Source: the human T2T-CHM13v2.0 reference genome, Homo sapiens | Length of the DNA stretch: 64,000 nt | Assembly (NCBI RefSeq): GCF_009914755.1 | Contig: NC_060937.1 | Direction: 5' to 3' (one strand) | Shown: one piece after another, positions 15,931 to 29,510 of the stretch | Position numbering within the stretch: position 1 is the stretch's first letter | Layout: the number at the start of each line of letters is the position of its first letter | Position numbers and translations under genes: made by a program | Notes under the pieces: generated by a model | Database searches by the model: none | What the model was told of the DNA's origin: nothing | The model's input: only the letters and a program-made list of their open reading frames with translations

Positions 15931-16817
15931 TTTACTTAGCTTATCTAAATCTCAGTTTCCTCAGCTAAATAAATAGAGTAAAACAACTCTTGAAGTTGAT
16001 TGTGGATTAAATTAGATGTTTGTGATGCACAGTACAAAGGGACAGGCTATCAGGGAAAAATTATATATGTTAACTCTACTATACTCACATAAAGGACATG
16101 CTCATGAAAAATTCTACTGACAAATTGAATAGGCAAAGAACACTTTATTCAAGAGTATTGGATTATGGGACAGAGATTGAATTCTACTGAAACAAAAGCT
16201 GAAAGGTTTTTTAGCACCAGAGTGAGCTGTTGAAAAGGCTCTGGAGGACATGTCACAGGAAGGTGGTCAAGGTAATTATGTCTCTGTGTTTCCTAACCTG
16301 TGCTTATTAACATGAGGCTCCTACCCTCCCGTCGAGACTGGGAGATTGGGGTGTTCAACCTTTTTCACTGAACAACTTAGAAATTATGACAGATAACATT
16401 ATACTCTTGTTACTGAGTATCAGCAAAGCAGCACCAATATATATTACAGACAGTGAGGCATTGACTAATTTCTGGGAACTTTAAAGTTTCTTAAACATTT
16501 ATATTAATAACATTTTACCTAGAAAAGGTTAAATATAACCTAAGGAAGGTTAAGGTTTCTTATTATTAGACAGTACTTTAAAAGCAACTCAACATATCAA
16601 ATAAACCTAATTATTCTTGACACCTCTCATTTTACTAGGTGAAAAAAATCCTTTCTGACTTTCTAGGGGACTTTTGGGAAATTCTAAAGTCATTTTGAGA
16701 TTTAAAAAAAAAAAGGTTTCATTTAAGATTTGATTTTGGGTAGCTGAAATATCCAAAAATGTGAGAAGTTTTGGACTCTTGACTAAAAGGATTATTTGTC
16801 ATTAAGAAATACTTGGC

Positions 16818-17106
16818 AGCCAGCTGAGGTGGTTCACGCCTGTAATCCCTGCACTTTGGGAGGCCGAGGCAGGTGGATCACCTGAGGTCAGGAGTTTGAG
16901 ACAAGCCTGGCCAACATGTTGAAACCCCGTCTCTACTAAAAATACAAAAAAAATTAGCTGGGCATGGCGGTGCGCTCCTGTAATCCAGCTACTCAGGAGG
17001 CTGAGGAAGAAGAATCTCTTAAACCCGGGAGGTGGAGGTTTCAGTGAGCAGAGACTGCGCTGCTGCACTCCAACCTGGGCGACAAGAGCAAAACTCTGTC
17101 TCAAAA
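16818..17106 (+). mobile_element. AluSq/Sp-like
   Basis: Full Alu dimer with a 14-bp TSD AAGAAATACTTGGC (16804-16817 and 17107-17120), preceded by TT. Confidence 0.96.
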
Positions 17107-17954
17107 AAGAAATACTTGGCTATCTACTTAAACAAAGTGGCAGTAAGGGATTTCAAAACAAACAAGGAGGTAACATGATTGAAAAAACAATAAAACAACA
17201 ATAACAAACTTTAGCTCTTTATTAAAGCAAAAGACTGGGTTCACTAAAGTAATCAAACCCTTGATAAAATCAACTTAAAACACAGGAAATTATCCTAACA
17301 TGACACAGAATTTGTGATTTCTAAGCAGATTACTCAGAAGATAAAGAAAACAAAACTTTTGGAATCTCTTGTTAAGAGCAGACCGATAATCCAAGAAAAT
17401 GTCATTTTAACAGAGAGAAAAACAAGTTCTAGTTTTGCATCATTACACTATTGATACTAAAAGTCATAAGAATAATAACAAATAAACCCATCCAATCTTA
17501 ACTAGACTTGGAGGTACAAAATAGAATTTCATTCCTGAGAAACCTTCTATGGCTATCCATATCTATTTAGGTTTCATGCATATTCTCTTCTCATTCTGGA
17601 ACTAGTCATTTTCCTTTAGAAAAAAATTACTTTTTTTGGCAACAAAAACATATTCTACAAACTTTCATAATTTTCTTTAACAAAGCAAATCATAAACTTC
17701 TTGCATCCTCTGAATACAAGGTTGTTTTCCCTTGTACTTATTATTTCTAGTCATTTCATTCACATATATTGATTATAATTTTAACTAGTCCTAACATACT
17801 TTACAGACAAAACTAGGAAATAGACCACTGTGAACTGTTCTATATCAACACTCTACAGCAAATTAATTCAGTTTATGAATATACCATCTTGTAATATTTA
17901 TAGGTCTATAATTTCTTATGGTATTATTTTTCAAACTTCTTTAGCAGATACGCA

Positions 17955-18750
17955 GTACACTGGCATTAGCCCTTGAATGGGGAATATGGTCCACTGGTTA
18001 CCAATCCCAGGAGAAGACTCTAAACATCTCACCAATTTCTGCCAAGTTTTCTTGATCTGGCAGGAAGTCTTGCCCAAACCCCCCTTAAAAGATTTTGCAC
18101 AAAGGGCAGGTGCAGTGGTTCACGCCTATAATCCCAGCACTTTGGGAGGCAGAGGGAGGTAGATCACCTGAGGTCAGGAGTTCGAGACCAGCTTGACAAA
18201 TATGGTGAAACCCCGTCTCTACTAAAAATACAAAAATTAGTCAAGCATGCTGGTGGGCGCCAGTTGTCCCAGCTACTCAGGAGGCTGAGCAAAAAACATT
18301 TTGCACAAACTCAAATGCCAGAGTATGAATACAATGAGACAGAACACTCTCACAACAGGTTCTGCAAATCAAATTTGTCACTCACAGATAGAGTGCAAGA
18401 ATCAACAGAAGCCCAGGCTCCATGACCAGCTGGTCTCCACTGCTCAGGAAAGCTGCCCAGTGCAGATGGAGTCTCGTTTGTGCATGCCTCACTTCACACC
18501 TCAGCTGAGGGATCCCCAAAGCATTCCACGCTGGGATTTTATACTCTGGGAAACACTTGTTTCCCTGAGCTAAAGCACTGTAGGGCATCCTGTTCTAGGA
18601 GGGACAAGGCCAAAACCTGAGCTGCTCTGAATAGTTCCTCCTTATATCAGGGCACTACCTTTTTAGCATATTCTACAGTTATCCTGAGACCGTATGTGGG
18701 AAGAGGAAGGGCTGGGTCACCCAAGGTTATTTTGGGACTGTCCTTCTGCA
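17955..18750 (-). mobile_element. ERVL-type solo LTR (MER74/MER73-like, tentative) nested in the ERV1 internal region
   Basis: More GC-rich than its flanks. Motifs ACTCACAGATAG..CAACAGAAGCC, GCTCAGGAAAGCTGCCC..GATGGAGTCTCG and CAGCTGAGGGA. Interrupted by an Alu. Confidence 0.55.
18104..18292 (+). mobile_element. 3'-truncated AluS
   Basis: Left arm, linker and about 55 nt of right arm only. 17-bp TSD with 1 mismatch at 18087-18103 and 18293-18309. Confidence 0.93.
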
Positions 18751-19469
18751 AATGTGGCCAAAATAACATGTTTATTAACAAACCCAATATTTTTAGCTTC
18801 TCTGTATCATGTAAACATCAGTCAAAAGTATATAAACTTACACATATACTTGCTAACGAATGTTTCACTAGTTTATTTAGTAATGATCTAAATGTTTAAT
18901 GGATATCTATTACTTAATTGGGCATAAGTTTCATGTTGTGAGTTATCAAAAAACTTTTGAAAAGTATTTTTAAGCAGACATATAAAACATAATTAGGGTT
19001 GAAATACGAATTTGTCAGAATAATGACAAAATTTGATTAAAATCAAATTTGTTAATAATTTTAAACATCTGGTAGAAATAATATTTACTACTAAACCCAA
19101 GTAAAATAAAAATGTATGCTTGTATCATATTTAATGGAGAGAACTCAGAAAACAAAGCAGTTTTTATTAAATCAAAAATATTAAACTAGTCTTATTTGAC
19201 AAAGATTTATCTGATTCATGTGAAATTAAAATTTTAAAACATTTGGGCAAGATTTTATAATATTTTTAAAAAATACATTGTAAGTATTAAAAATTCAACT
19301 TTAAAAATTTTTGACAGGTTTAGGAATATTTAATTTATGTAAGCACTTATGTGTGTCTATAATTTAGCACACGAGGTCATCACATATGTGGTCTCCACAA
19401 TCAAAAAGAACTCTAAATGTTAAATAAACAAAGTTCGATCAAACAAAAGCTCATTACAATAAGAGCATG

Positions 19470-19833
19470 TGTATTAGTCCATTTTCACACTGCTAATAAA
19501 GACATACCCAAGACTGAGTAATTTATACAGGAAAAAGGGTTTATTGGGCTTACATTTCCACATGGCTGGGGAGGCCTCAAAATCATGGCAGAAGACAAAA
19601 GGCACATCTTACATTGCAACAGGCAAGAGAGAGAATGGACCCAAGAGAAACGAATTTCCCCTTATGAAACCATCAGATCTCGTGAGACTTATTCACTAAC
19701 AGGAGAACAGTATGGGAGAAACTGCCCCAGTGATTCAATTATCTCCCACCGGGTCCCTCCCACAACATGAGGGAATTCTGGGAGTAGAACTCAAGATGAG
19801 ATTTGGGTGGGGACACAGAGCCAAACCATGTCA
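19470..19833 (-). mobile_element. THE1 (THE1B/C-like) MaLR solo LTR
   Basis: TGTATTAGTCCATTTTCACACTGCT...GAGATTTGGGTGGGGACACAGAGCCAAACCATGTCA, 364 bp. Confidence 0.93.
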
Positions 19834-20990
19834 TTGTGGCATTAAAGTCAATTCCTGTAGTGGTCAGAAGTTTAGAGCAATAGCTCAGAAATAAGTTCCC
19901 TGATCAATCCATCATCTGGGAAGGCAAAAGTTAAAGGTATAAGCCTGGGGCTATGGGTACCAGGCTCTCTGAGACCCAATGATGAGTCAAATCCTATGAG
20001 TTGCATACCGGAACTGTTAAAGAAAAGTAGCACCATAGTAAATTAGCAAGGTGATAGGAGAGAGATTGAACTTAACTCCCATGAAACAAAAAGCAAATTT
20101 TTTTAAGCACTGGAGTGAGCTAGTGGAAAGTTCTAGAAGACTTTGGTAGAGAGATTTGTCCTGTGATTAGGTCATCCATCTGTGTTTGCTAATTGGCACT
20201 TGTTGAAATTAGACCCCTACCTTCCACAGAGACTGGGAGTAAGCAGACTACATTTTTAGACTATTATATTCCAAAGAAATGTCCCCTAGGCCCATGCAAT
20301 AGACATTCCTTGGTTGTAAAACTAGCAAGAGGCTGAGAGAAGATTTGTATGTAATTTAAGGGTCAGAGAAAGAATTTGAACTTACAAGTTTTCTAAGAAA
20401 AGGGAGGTCAGGGGCCTAGAGTTAGGAAGATACTTTTTAAAATTTAGCTAAGCTGAGGGGAATGTCTTGGTGAGTTAATGTGGGTCATGTACAGCCTCAG
20501 AATTATGTGTCATAATCATCACTAATTGAAGCAAATAAAATTTTTAAGAGAAAAAAGGAAAAAAGCATTCCATCTTATACATTATCTTTTTTGTTTTTTC
20601 TAACTGCACATCATGGTTGCTCAAAAATAACTTATTCAATGAAAGAACCATTCTGAAGTCACCAAGAACCCAGAAATCAGACTCAGCTACTAGAGGGCAA
20701 TCAGTGTGGCCAAAAGACACACAAGGTTTTCCACAAAGATGAGAGGAAAATGTAATAGGGGAGCGCCATTATTCAGGCTCACAGTGCATAGAAAATAGAA
20801 ACAAAAATCAGCAGGAGAGGTAATGCCTAAGGGACATAAAGTTTTGAATAAGCTAGAAATTTTCGCCACCCCCTTAAAAACAGGGAAGAATTGGTCCCTG
20901 AGTAGACTTCAGGCTTCTCTTGGACGTAGGTAAGGTATGTGTACCAAAAAATTTAGATTGTTCCAATTCAACTTATTTAAAAATTTTATA

Positions 20991-21291
<301 letters not shown>

Positions 21292-24074
21292 TTATTTCTT
21301 ATGAAAGAATTCATGTGGCATTCACCATGCCACTGTTTTAATTTTGTCACACTATATGAAACAACTACCAAACTTAAAATTACATTTTAAGCCATTGAGT
21401 ATCTTGCATTAAACAAGTTCTTAGTGCTTTTGTGTATTAAAATATCTCGTTTTATTTCCCATAGAAAATCACAATTCATATCATTTTTGACTCAAGATAG
21501 ATACAAATAATATGTCAATAATCACTAATTATAGTCTGCTGTGAATGAACTCCATATATACACACATGCACACTTATACATCATACATTTAATTGATTAG
21601 CATTTTTAATAGCAAAATATTTTTAAAGGAGAAAACATGACGAGGCAAAGGAACCTGACAAGATGTGGAAGTTTATTTGACTTTAAGGTTTATAAATTAT
21701 AGCTAAGCCATGAAGAACTTTCATATCAAGAAAATGTTATTTATTATGTATAAGTAATGAGTACAGCTCATCTTGCCTTTGATTTATTTTTGAAAATCTT
21801 AGAGAAATGCCCATAAGCTGCTGAAACACAACAGACTACAAAATGCTTCAGAAACTAGAAAAGCAGAATTTAAAATTTAGTACTTTGGTGTTTGTTATGC
21901 TGCACAATTTGTCAAATACTCCCAATTTTATTATTTGTAAATATTTAAATATTTCCAAAATGTTCTTTTTATGAGCATGTATTAATACTTGAAAAGAATT
22001 GCCAATCAAATTCATATGAATGACCACTAAAACGTATAATATACACAGGAAAGGAAAAAATGTGCAATTATGAGATCAATATTAACCAAGGAGAGAGCCA
22101 GACTGAATACCTTTAAATACAGGCATTCTTATAATCATATTTGATACTATCTATGCTTCCACCCTGACTTTCTTTACTTCATAGCCTAAGAACCAAGGAC
22201 ATCCAGAGACTTCTTTGAAGGACAGGAGTGTGAATCCCTAAAAATTATTTTGAGTCATATCTGAAAGTTTGTTGTGACATACAGTGATGCCATGAAATAC
22301 TGTTCTGTAGGTGGTTTAACTAAGTTTGCCAGACAGATTGATGATTAATTCACCTTTGTCACTAATTTTTTGATGTAGGTACAGATTTCCATTTGAGATT
22401 TCTGTACCTTATTTCTTTGACAGCTTTCCCAATCTTGCCCTAAACAACCAAAAACTGAACACATTGTGTGTTTTGTTTGGCAACTGAGTGCAAAACAAAA
22501 ATTAGCATGTTGTGTCAGATCCATGATTGATACACTTTAATGCTTGGCTTCTGACGGTTGGATTAGGAATTTATGTTAGAAGATAGTTTCCCCACTGAGT
22601 TTCCTAGGTATGATTGACTCCTTTACTGAATATTGCTGCCCCTCTGTGAGCATTGGTTTCCATTGTAATTAGCAGTATCAAAGTTTGGTGGGAGCCATTG
22701 AAGGCCCAAAGCTGCTTTGTATTCTAAGGATACCAGGGCAAGATGGATACCCCTTCTTGAGTTATCATCTCTAGAGTGTCATCATAGCAGTATTACCTGC
22801 ACTCGCATGTCCTAAAAAAAGTTTTACTGAAAATTTAATAATAATAACTGATAGCCCCCCTTTTCTCCCTGGGTCACAAACAAAAGTTGATTAAAGCTTG
22901 AATCCTAAGCTTGTATAGATTAATACAAGTTAAAGAGAACCACTGTCCTCAAAAATCACACTGTCTATTCTCCTATGCATCAAGCTATTTACTTATATTT
23001 ATTTTTATTTGCTTCCCTGATTTGCTTAGAATGCATTCTCTCCAAGTAACCTATCTGATTTTCAAGCAAACTGATGTGCATCATTAGATCATCAGATGGC
23101 TGCAGATATATCTCTGTTTTCTCTGTAAAACCAGTTTAAACTCAAGCTTGACAGTTCCACACCGAAGTGTTTATTTTGTTTTTAACACAGATTAACTTCT
23201 AAAGTTACCCATTGTATAATACAGCATTCAGAATTCTTAAGTTCAAATGTGAGTAGTAAAACTTTTGACTTCATTAACAAGCTTCTTTCTTTTAATTTTC
23301 TCCTATTCACTGAATTTGTGAAGGTAACCAGTATTTACCTTCCCCCAAACCCTGTGAAAGAAATGGTTCTGTTATTCATATTTGCATTCTAAAACTGTAT
23401 GCAAACTCTACCTCACTGAGATAGGGAATAAAAGAAATCAGCTGTAGGGGAAAACATGTTCCCTGCTGTGCTCTCTTCTGAGTGTCATACAAACGTGTAC
23501 TACTTCGATCCTTATGTGAATTGAATTTGGGACCAACTGAATGTTACTCAACAATATTTGGTAGAGCTGTGGTTGAACTCAGGCAGTGTGGCTTCAGAGA
23601 CTTCAGCCATGGCCCTCACTAGACTACATCTTTCTTCCTTTTAGCCATTCTAGAAATGAAGAACTTCCTTCCTTAAAATACTGGCAATCAGTTTCTTTTC
23701 TTTTGCATACCACTGGATCCTCCCTATGCAAAGCAGGGATATTTATTAATATGAAAAATGTTGAACATGTGCTATTCCCGCCTTGCCATAGGAATAGAGG
23801 TAGTGTTAGATGTTATGTGATTGGTTTGCTCTCTTTGTCCGTAGTCTACTTTGGTGGACTCAGATTACCTGTGTAAAAACTCACACTCCTCACAAGTGGG
23901 TTGTAATATCCAGGGTGAAGGTGGCAGTCATCTCAAGTTCGAGCTATGTTCACTAAACCCAGCCTCACTAGGAACAAAAAAACGAGTATGTTTCTCACCA
24001 TTTTGCAACTGTGCCTATTATTCAATTGGTTCAAAACTAAGTTTGGACTGTTGCTTCTTTAATTTCCACTATTA

Positions 24075-24300
24075 TAATACTATGCTAACATTTGTTGAAG
24101 GCTTACTATGGGTCTCTCAAGCACTTTTTAAAATGCAAATTGAATATAGCAACACTATGACACAGGTTTTAGTATCTCCATTTTACTCATGAGGAAAACT
24201 TTGTTTTAGACAATTTAAATATCTTGACAGTTATTTGAAGTGCTTATATCTAGTGAATAAAAGAGTCATGTTCTATTCAGAATCTTGTACTCTGTGTTCT
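24075..24300 (-). mobile_element. MIR
   Basis: GCTAACATTTGTTGAAGGCTTACTATG...CCATTTTACTCATGAGGAAAACT. Confidence 0.65.
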
Positions 24301-25133
24301 GTTTGATTCCAACTAATAAATAGCTGATGGCCTATCAGAAGCTCAGTGGAATGTTTAGCATGCAAACAAATTATTATTATTATTAGAAATGTATAAAGCT
24401 GCTTTGCTGTTTCTTGCCTTCATTCCATCCCTGTCTTCCAGGATGTGATATAATGTGAGGAAGTCGCCAAAGACTAAACATTCTTGGAAAATATTGCCTT
24501 AGCTAAATAAAGATAATGTAGAAAAGTTATATCAGTGTAATAGAACAATCTAATTCCCTTTTTCTATTTTCCAGTTCGTTTCAGTTATCGAAGTACATTT
24601 GTCAGTTCTGCTTTTCCTATGAATAATATGTATTATGGTAATAGAATTGTCTTTACCATAAAAGCATAAAAACACAGGGGGAAATATAGGTTTAACAAAC
24701 TTCCAACTTATCTATTATATAGAATCTGATAAAGGCAATTTATAAGAAAATTTCATCATGGAATGCATTAATTGTGTATATTGTTTGGGATTAGGGCTGC
24801 ACTTTCACAAACAAATATTCTAAGACATTTAAAATTGTAAATATCAAGGGATTCTGTTGTCATCTAATCTAAATGGCTCACAGAAATTGTTTACATGCAA
24901 GAAAATATTTTTTAAAATGTATTACCAGAAAACTTACTGATATCAAATTCCAGTGAGGAATAATATTCTAAACTAAACTCCATTCTGATGCAGCTTATAC
25001 TCTTTCTCAGAGATTCATATCAGATTATGGAAAGCAGAATTCAATACCTTGAATAAAAGAAGGCATCGGCTTTTGAGCCACATAAATAAAGGTTTGATTA
25101 TGACTCCACTACTTAGCACCAACAGGGCTCTGA

Positions 25134-25460
<327 letters not shown>

Positions 25461-28099
25461 ACTGGGAGTAATTTAAATAAACTTTCTTTGTTCTTTTTAT
25501 TAAAACGGGGATGGAGATGCCTAGATGCGTTCTGTATATTAATTGAAATAGACATAAAACACAAGTGTATTTTAGGTGCTGAAAAGTATGAGTAGTAAAT
25601 ATTGCTTAAAGTGTTGCTCTATGTAAAATATAATTGGGATGAAAAAGTGAAAACACATGAACTGAAAAAAATGGGGTGCTTGACATATACAGCCAACAAA
25701 CATATACGCTTGTCCAGAGAGCCCCAGACTTCTGTGTGTGAACATAAAATGCCCACCTTCTTCCACATGACCTTAGAAATAGCAATTATGTTTCTTATTA
25801 ACTTTGCCAACATTTCCCATGTTATATCATTATGCTGTTTTAAGTACAGCACAGAAAACAGTTCTAAACTATGGTGAATGAATCAATGCCACGGTGACTC
25901 TCTCTCTAAATTCCTAAGTTTGGATTCCACTGTTCTCGAAGTAGACTGTAGCTATGTACCATCTCAGTAATAGAATAAATCAGCTGTTACAGCAGGCCTG
26001 ATGTACTCCTAGATTACAAAACCACTGTTTACTATAATTATCCCCGGTACAATGCAATGTTTAAGAGTACGGAGCTTGGAGTCCAGCAGCCAAAGCTTGA
26101 ATTATTATTTTGATGCATTCAGCCATTTTAGTTTGGAGAACTAAATTGGCACACCTTATCTTGAAAAACAGGATGATAACATCTATCTGGATATGTAATT
26201 TGTGGACATCATAGGAATCCAATTCTTGTTGAATGAATGAATAAATGCATGAATGTAGTCATGAATGACTCGAAACAACTGCCTTCTATGGTTGCTGGGG
26301 CTGAGTTTCAAGCTGTCATAAGATGATTATATAGGCATATATGGAATGTAACAAAACTTTTCACTTCATACTGATTTGTAGAGATGACAACAATATCCCA
26401 GAGAAATGTCTTTATGTCCCTAACCCCTAATAAACCATTCAATACATTTCCCCTATTGTTCACTTTCAGTATTAGTTTCTTAAATATCACAGCAGTTGCT
26501 AGGTCAATTACAAAAGTTCTTTGTTAATATAGCAAATACGTTTCATTTCTCTAGATATTGTAATACAGAGGCATAAATAATTTTAGCATTAATACAAAAC
26601 ATTTATTGAGCCTTACTGTGGGCAATATTTATATATGACAGGTACTTAACAGTGATTGATTTGATCCCATAGGAAGTTAATTAAGTTATTCAAAGCACTG
26701 GGTTACCATTTGGAAAGTTTCCCTAAAAGCTTTCTTGTAATAGCTAATTGTACTTCTATTTTATATTACTAGACAGCGGTGGTTGATGTTTATTCTGCAC
26801 CTGGTTTCCTACCATGTGTAATACTATAATAGTTCTTGTGACTTATAGCAAATATTTCTTCATAATCACTGATAGGATACGACAGCATTCTTATGAGGAG
26901 AGAAACCCATGTTTTCAGAGATATAAATCCCAGTTATTTCTACATTAATAGTTTGGGAAGTAGAGTAAGATGCTCTAGACTTATCTAACAATTTGAGGTT
27001 ACAGGTACATTTAAAATCTTCAACTGATCAAATGTAGTATTTAAAAAATAAAACCCTTATTTTACATTACAAGGAAGTGGAAAAGGACCAGAATATTTTA
27101 GACCTTAATTCTTTTTTATATTGTGGACCTACTTTGATAATGACAAACTCATTTATCCTGATGTACAGTGGTATAAATTTCCTTATATATTACCTAAATG
27201 GTAAAAACAAAAACACAGAGACAAATTTCTAAGAATGCAGATACTTGGGAAAAAAAAGTACAGTTCTTCAGCCAGTGACAATGCCAGCTGCAGTGCTAAA
27301 GTTTCACTTAGTACAGATACTCAACTCCAGTCAAATACAGAATGCTAAGTTCCATACAGCTGTTTCCCCAACCTTCTCTGTTCACAAAAAAAACCTATTG
27401 AATGTTTAACTTAGGTAAGTTTTGTTTAAATTTAAAACCTATATGATGCAATGTGGAGACTTATTTTGTGTTGATTGAATATTCCCATTCTATTTCATTA
27501 GCACGTTTCTGTTGGCATTTCTATTGCTTTTATTGTGAATTGAGTATGAAAATGAGAATTAATTCTTCTACTTAATATTACATTTTAACATTCACTATCC
27601 TTACAGCTATTATTTTACTGTAATACAAAGATTAAATTTCATTTTAAATTATTCTAACCAGTATTTAGGAACCCTCACTTTCTACAACGTTGTTTTTAAC
27701 TTAAATTTAAGTTAGAGTTCTATTCCAATGTAATCTCTTTGAACCTCCTGCTAAAATGATCTCTTTGCTCTTGATATGTTTTCACCTATCCTGTTCAACA
27801 TAATTACTGAATCATGGAATTACAAATTGAAGCCCTTTGAAACTACTTATAAACATTATAAAATGCTTCATATCTTGAATGGTGACATTGTTTATTTAAT
27901 ATTATGTGTTTACCAGTAAAATCAGATACTATTTCTCCATCCATATATACGTGGCTTTCTTTATCACCTCTAAATAAGAAATGTATGAGGTGGCAATTTT
28001 GATGTACAAACATTTCAGTGGATTTTGACCTTTTATCTTTTACATATATACTCTCTTTTTCAGTGATTCCAATTCCTAGTGTTAACTCCTAACTATATG

Positions 28100-29510
28100 C
28101 TAATAACATTTACATTTATGTCATCAGTTCAGGTCTTGCTCACCAAATCCAGGCTTAGTATGTAACCACATACTCAGTCCTCTATGCGCATGCCTACTGG
28201 ATATCTCAAAATCAAAGTGCCTTAGTTAGCAGGCCTGCTTTTCTCTGCCAAAGTTCTCCGCCTATGAACTGACTTATTTCGGGCAATGACAATCTTTCAG
28301 TTGCTTACGTTGACCAATGTCAAGTCCTGACTCCACTTTCTCTCACACTACACACCCAGTTTCAGTTAAACCTGTTTGTTAAGCCTTCAAAATACTCTGT
28401 AATTAGGAAATGACCATTTTCAGTACTTTGATTGTCACCACCAAATTTCCTATGTGGATCACTGCAACATAACCTTCAGTATTATTTTCGTTTTTCTATT
28501 ATATCCCCTATCTATTGCATTCTACTTTTATAGTAAGTCAAATTACCTTTTTAAATGTAAATCATAATATGCCACTCTTGCTCCAAATCCTAAAGTGGCT
28601 ATGCACTTAACTTAGAGTTATGTTGCTACAAGGCCCTAGCTAACAAGAACTCAATTACCTTTCTGACCTCATCTCTTACCACCCATACCACACTATCTCA
28701 GTATACAAACTTAGGCTTCCTTGATACTCTTGGAACATACCAAGCTTGCATCTGCCTTAGAGACTTTGTCTTAACTATTTCCTCTGTATGACTACTCTTT
28801 ACCCAGACATGCATATGACCATCTCAGTATTTGCTCAAACATCACTTTCTTTTTTTTTCTTTTTAAATTTATTGAGATACGTTTTGTAGCCCACAATATG
28901 ATCTTTGTAAATATTCTATATACACTTGAAAGTAAATGTCTATGCTGCTTTGTCGGGTGAAGTTCTGTATAAATACTTCTTTTTTTTCATTATTTTATTT
29001 TATTTATTTATTTTTTATTATACTTTAAGTTCTAGGGTACATGTGCACAACATGCAGGTTTGTTACATATGTATACACGTGCCATGTTGGTATGCTGCAC
29101 CCATTAACTCGTCATTTAACATTAGGTATATCTCCTAATGCTATCCCTCTCCCATCCCCCACCCCACAACAGGCACTTTCTTAATAAGAACTTACCTGAT
29201 CATCCTATTTAATGAAGACATCATTGTAATGTCTCCCTCCTCATATTCCTTTCCTCTTAACTTATTACAAACCTCTGATCCTTATCTGCCTCTTTTTATA
29301 GCACTTATCACTCTCCAAAATTTTATACATTATGTGTATTTATTTTTTAATTATCTATTTCCCATTTCCACTAAAACTGAAGCTATTGAAGATCAAAAAG
29401 AACACATAACATAGATATTATGCTTGTTCTGTTACCCACTGTATCCACTTGTAATCAAGTTCTTGGTAGCTAACAGATGAATAGTGAGTATTTCTTGAAG
29501 GAATAAATGA
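28100..29510 (+). mobile_element. L2 3' region, interrupted at 28852-29173
   Basis: L2 motifs (GTAAATCATAATATGCCACTCTTGCTCCAAA, TTGCTCAAACATCACTTTCT, CTTGTTCTGTTACCCACTGTATCC, TTCTTGAAGGAATAAATGAA). Confidence 0.7.
28852..29173 (-). mobile_element. Short L1PA (about L1PA4/5) 3' end with 3'-transduced flank and second poly(A)
   Basis: L1PA 3'UTR at about 29015-29173, first A-tail at 28977-29014, about 115 bp of unrelated sequence, then a second A-tail at 28852-28864. TSD CACTTTCTT at 28843-28851 and 29174-29182. Confidence 0.88.

Larger units (their letters stand above)
16048..20470 (-). mobile_element. Degraded ERV1 (MER4-group, MER31/MER67-like) provirus: LTR about 16048-16370, internal remnant, LTR 20015-20470
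   Basis: The two ends are homologous and in the same orientation (GAGATTGAA..TGAAACAAAA..GCAC.GAGTGAGCT; CCTACC.TCC...GAGACTGGGAG). The AT-rich sequence between them resembles MER4-group internal sequence. Confidence 0.72.

Noticed and set aside
27330-27420. Consensus splice donor AG|GTAAGT at 27415 suggesting an exon
   Set aside because: No convincing polypyrimidine tract or acceptor upstream. The motif is expected by chance, and transcript data are needed.
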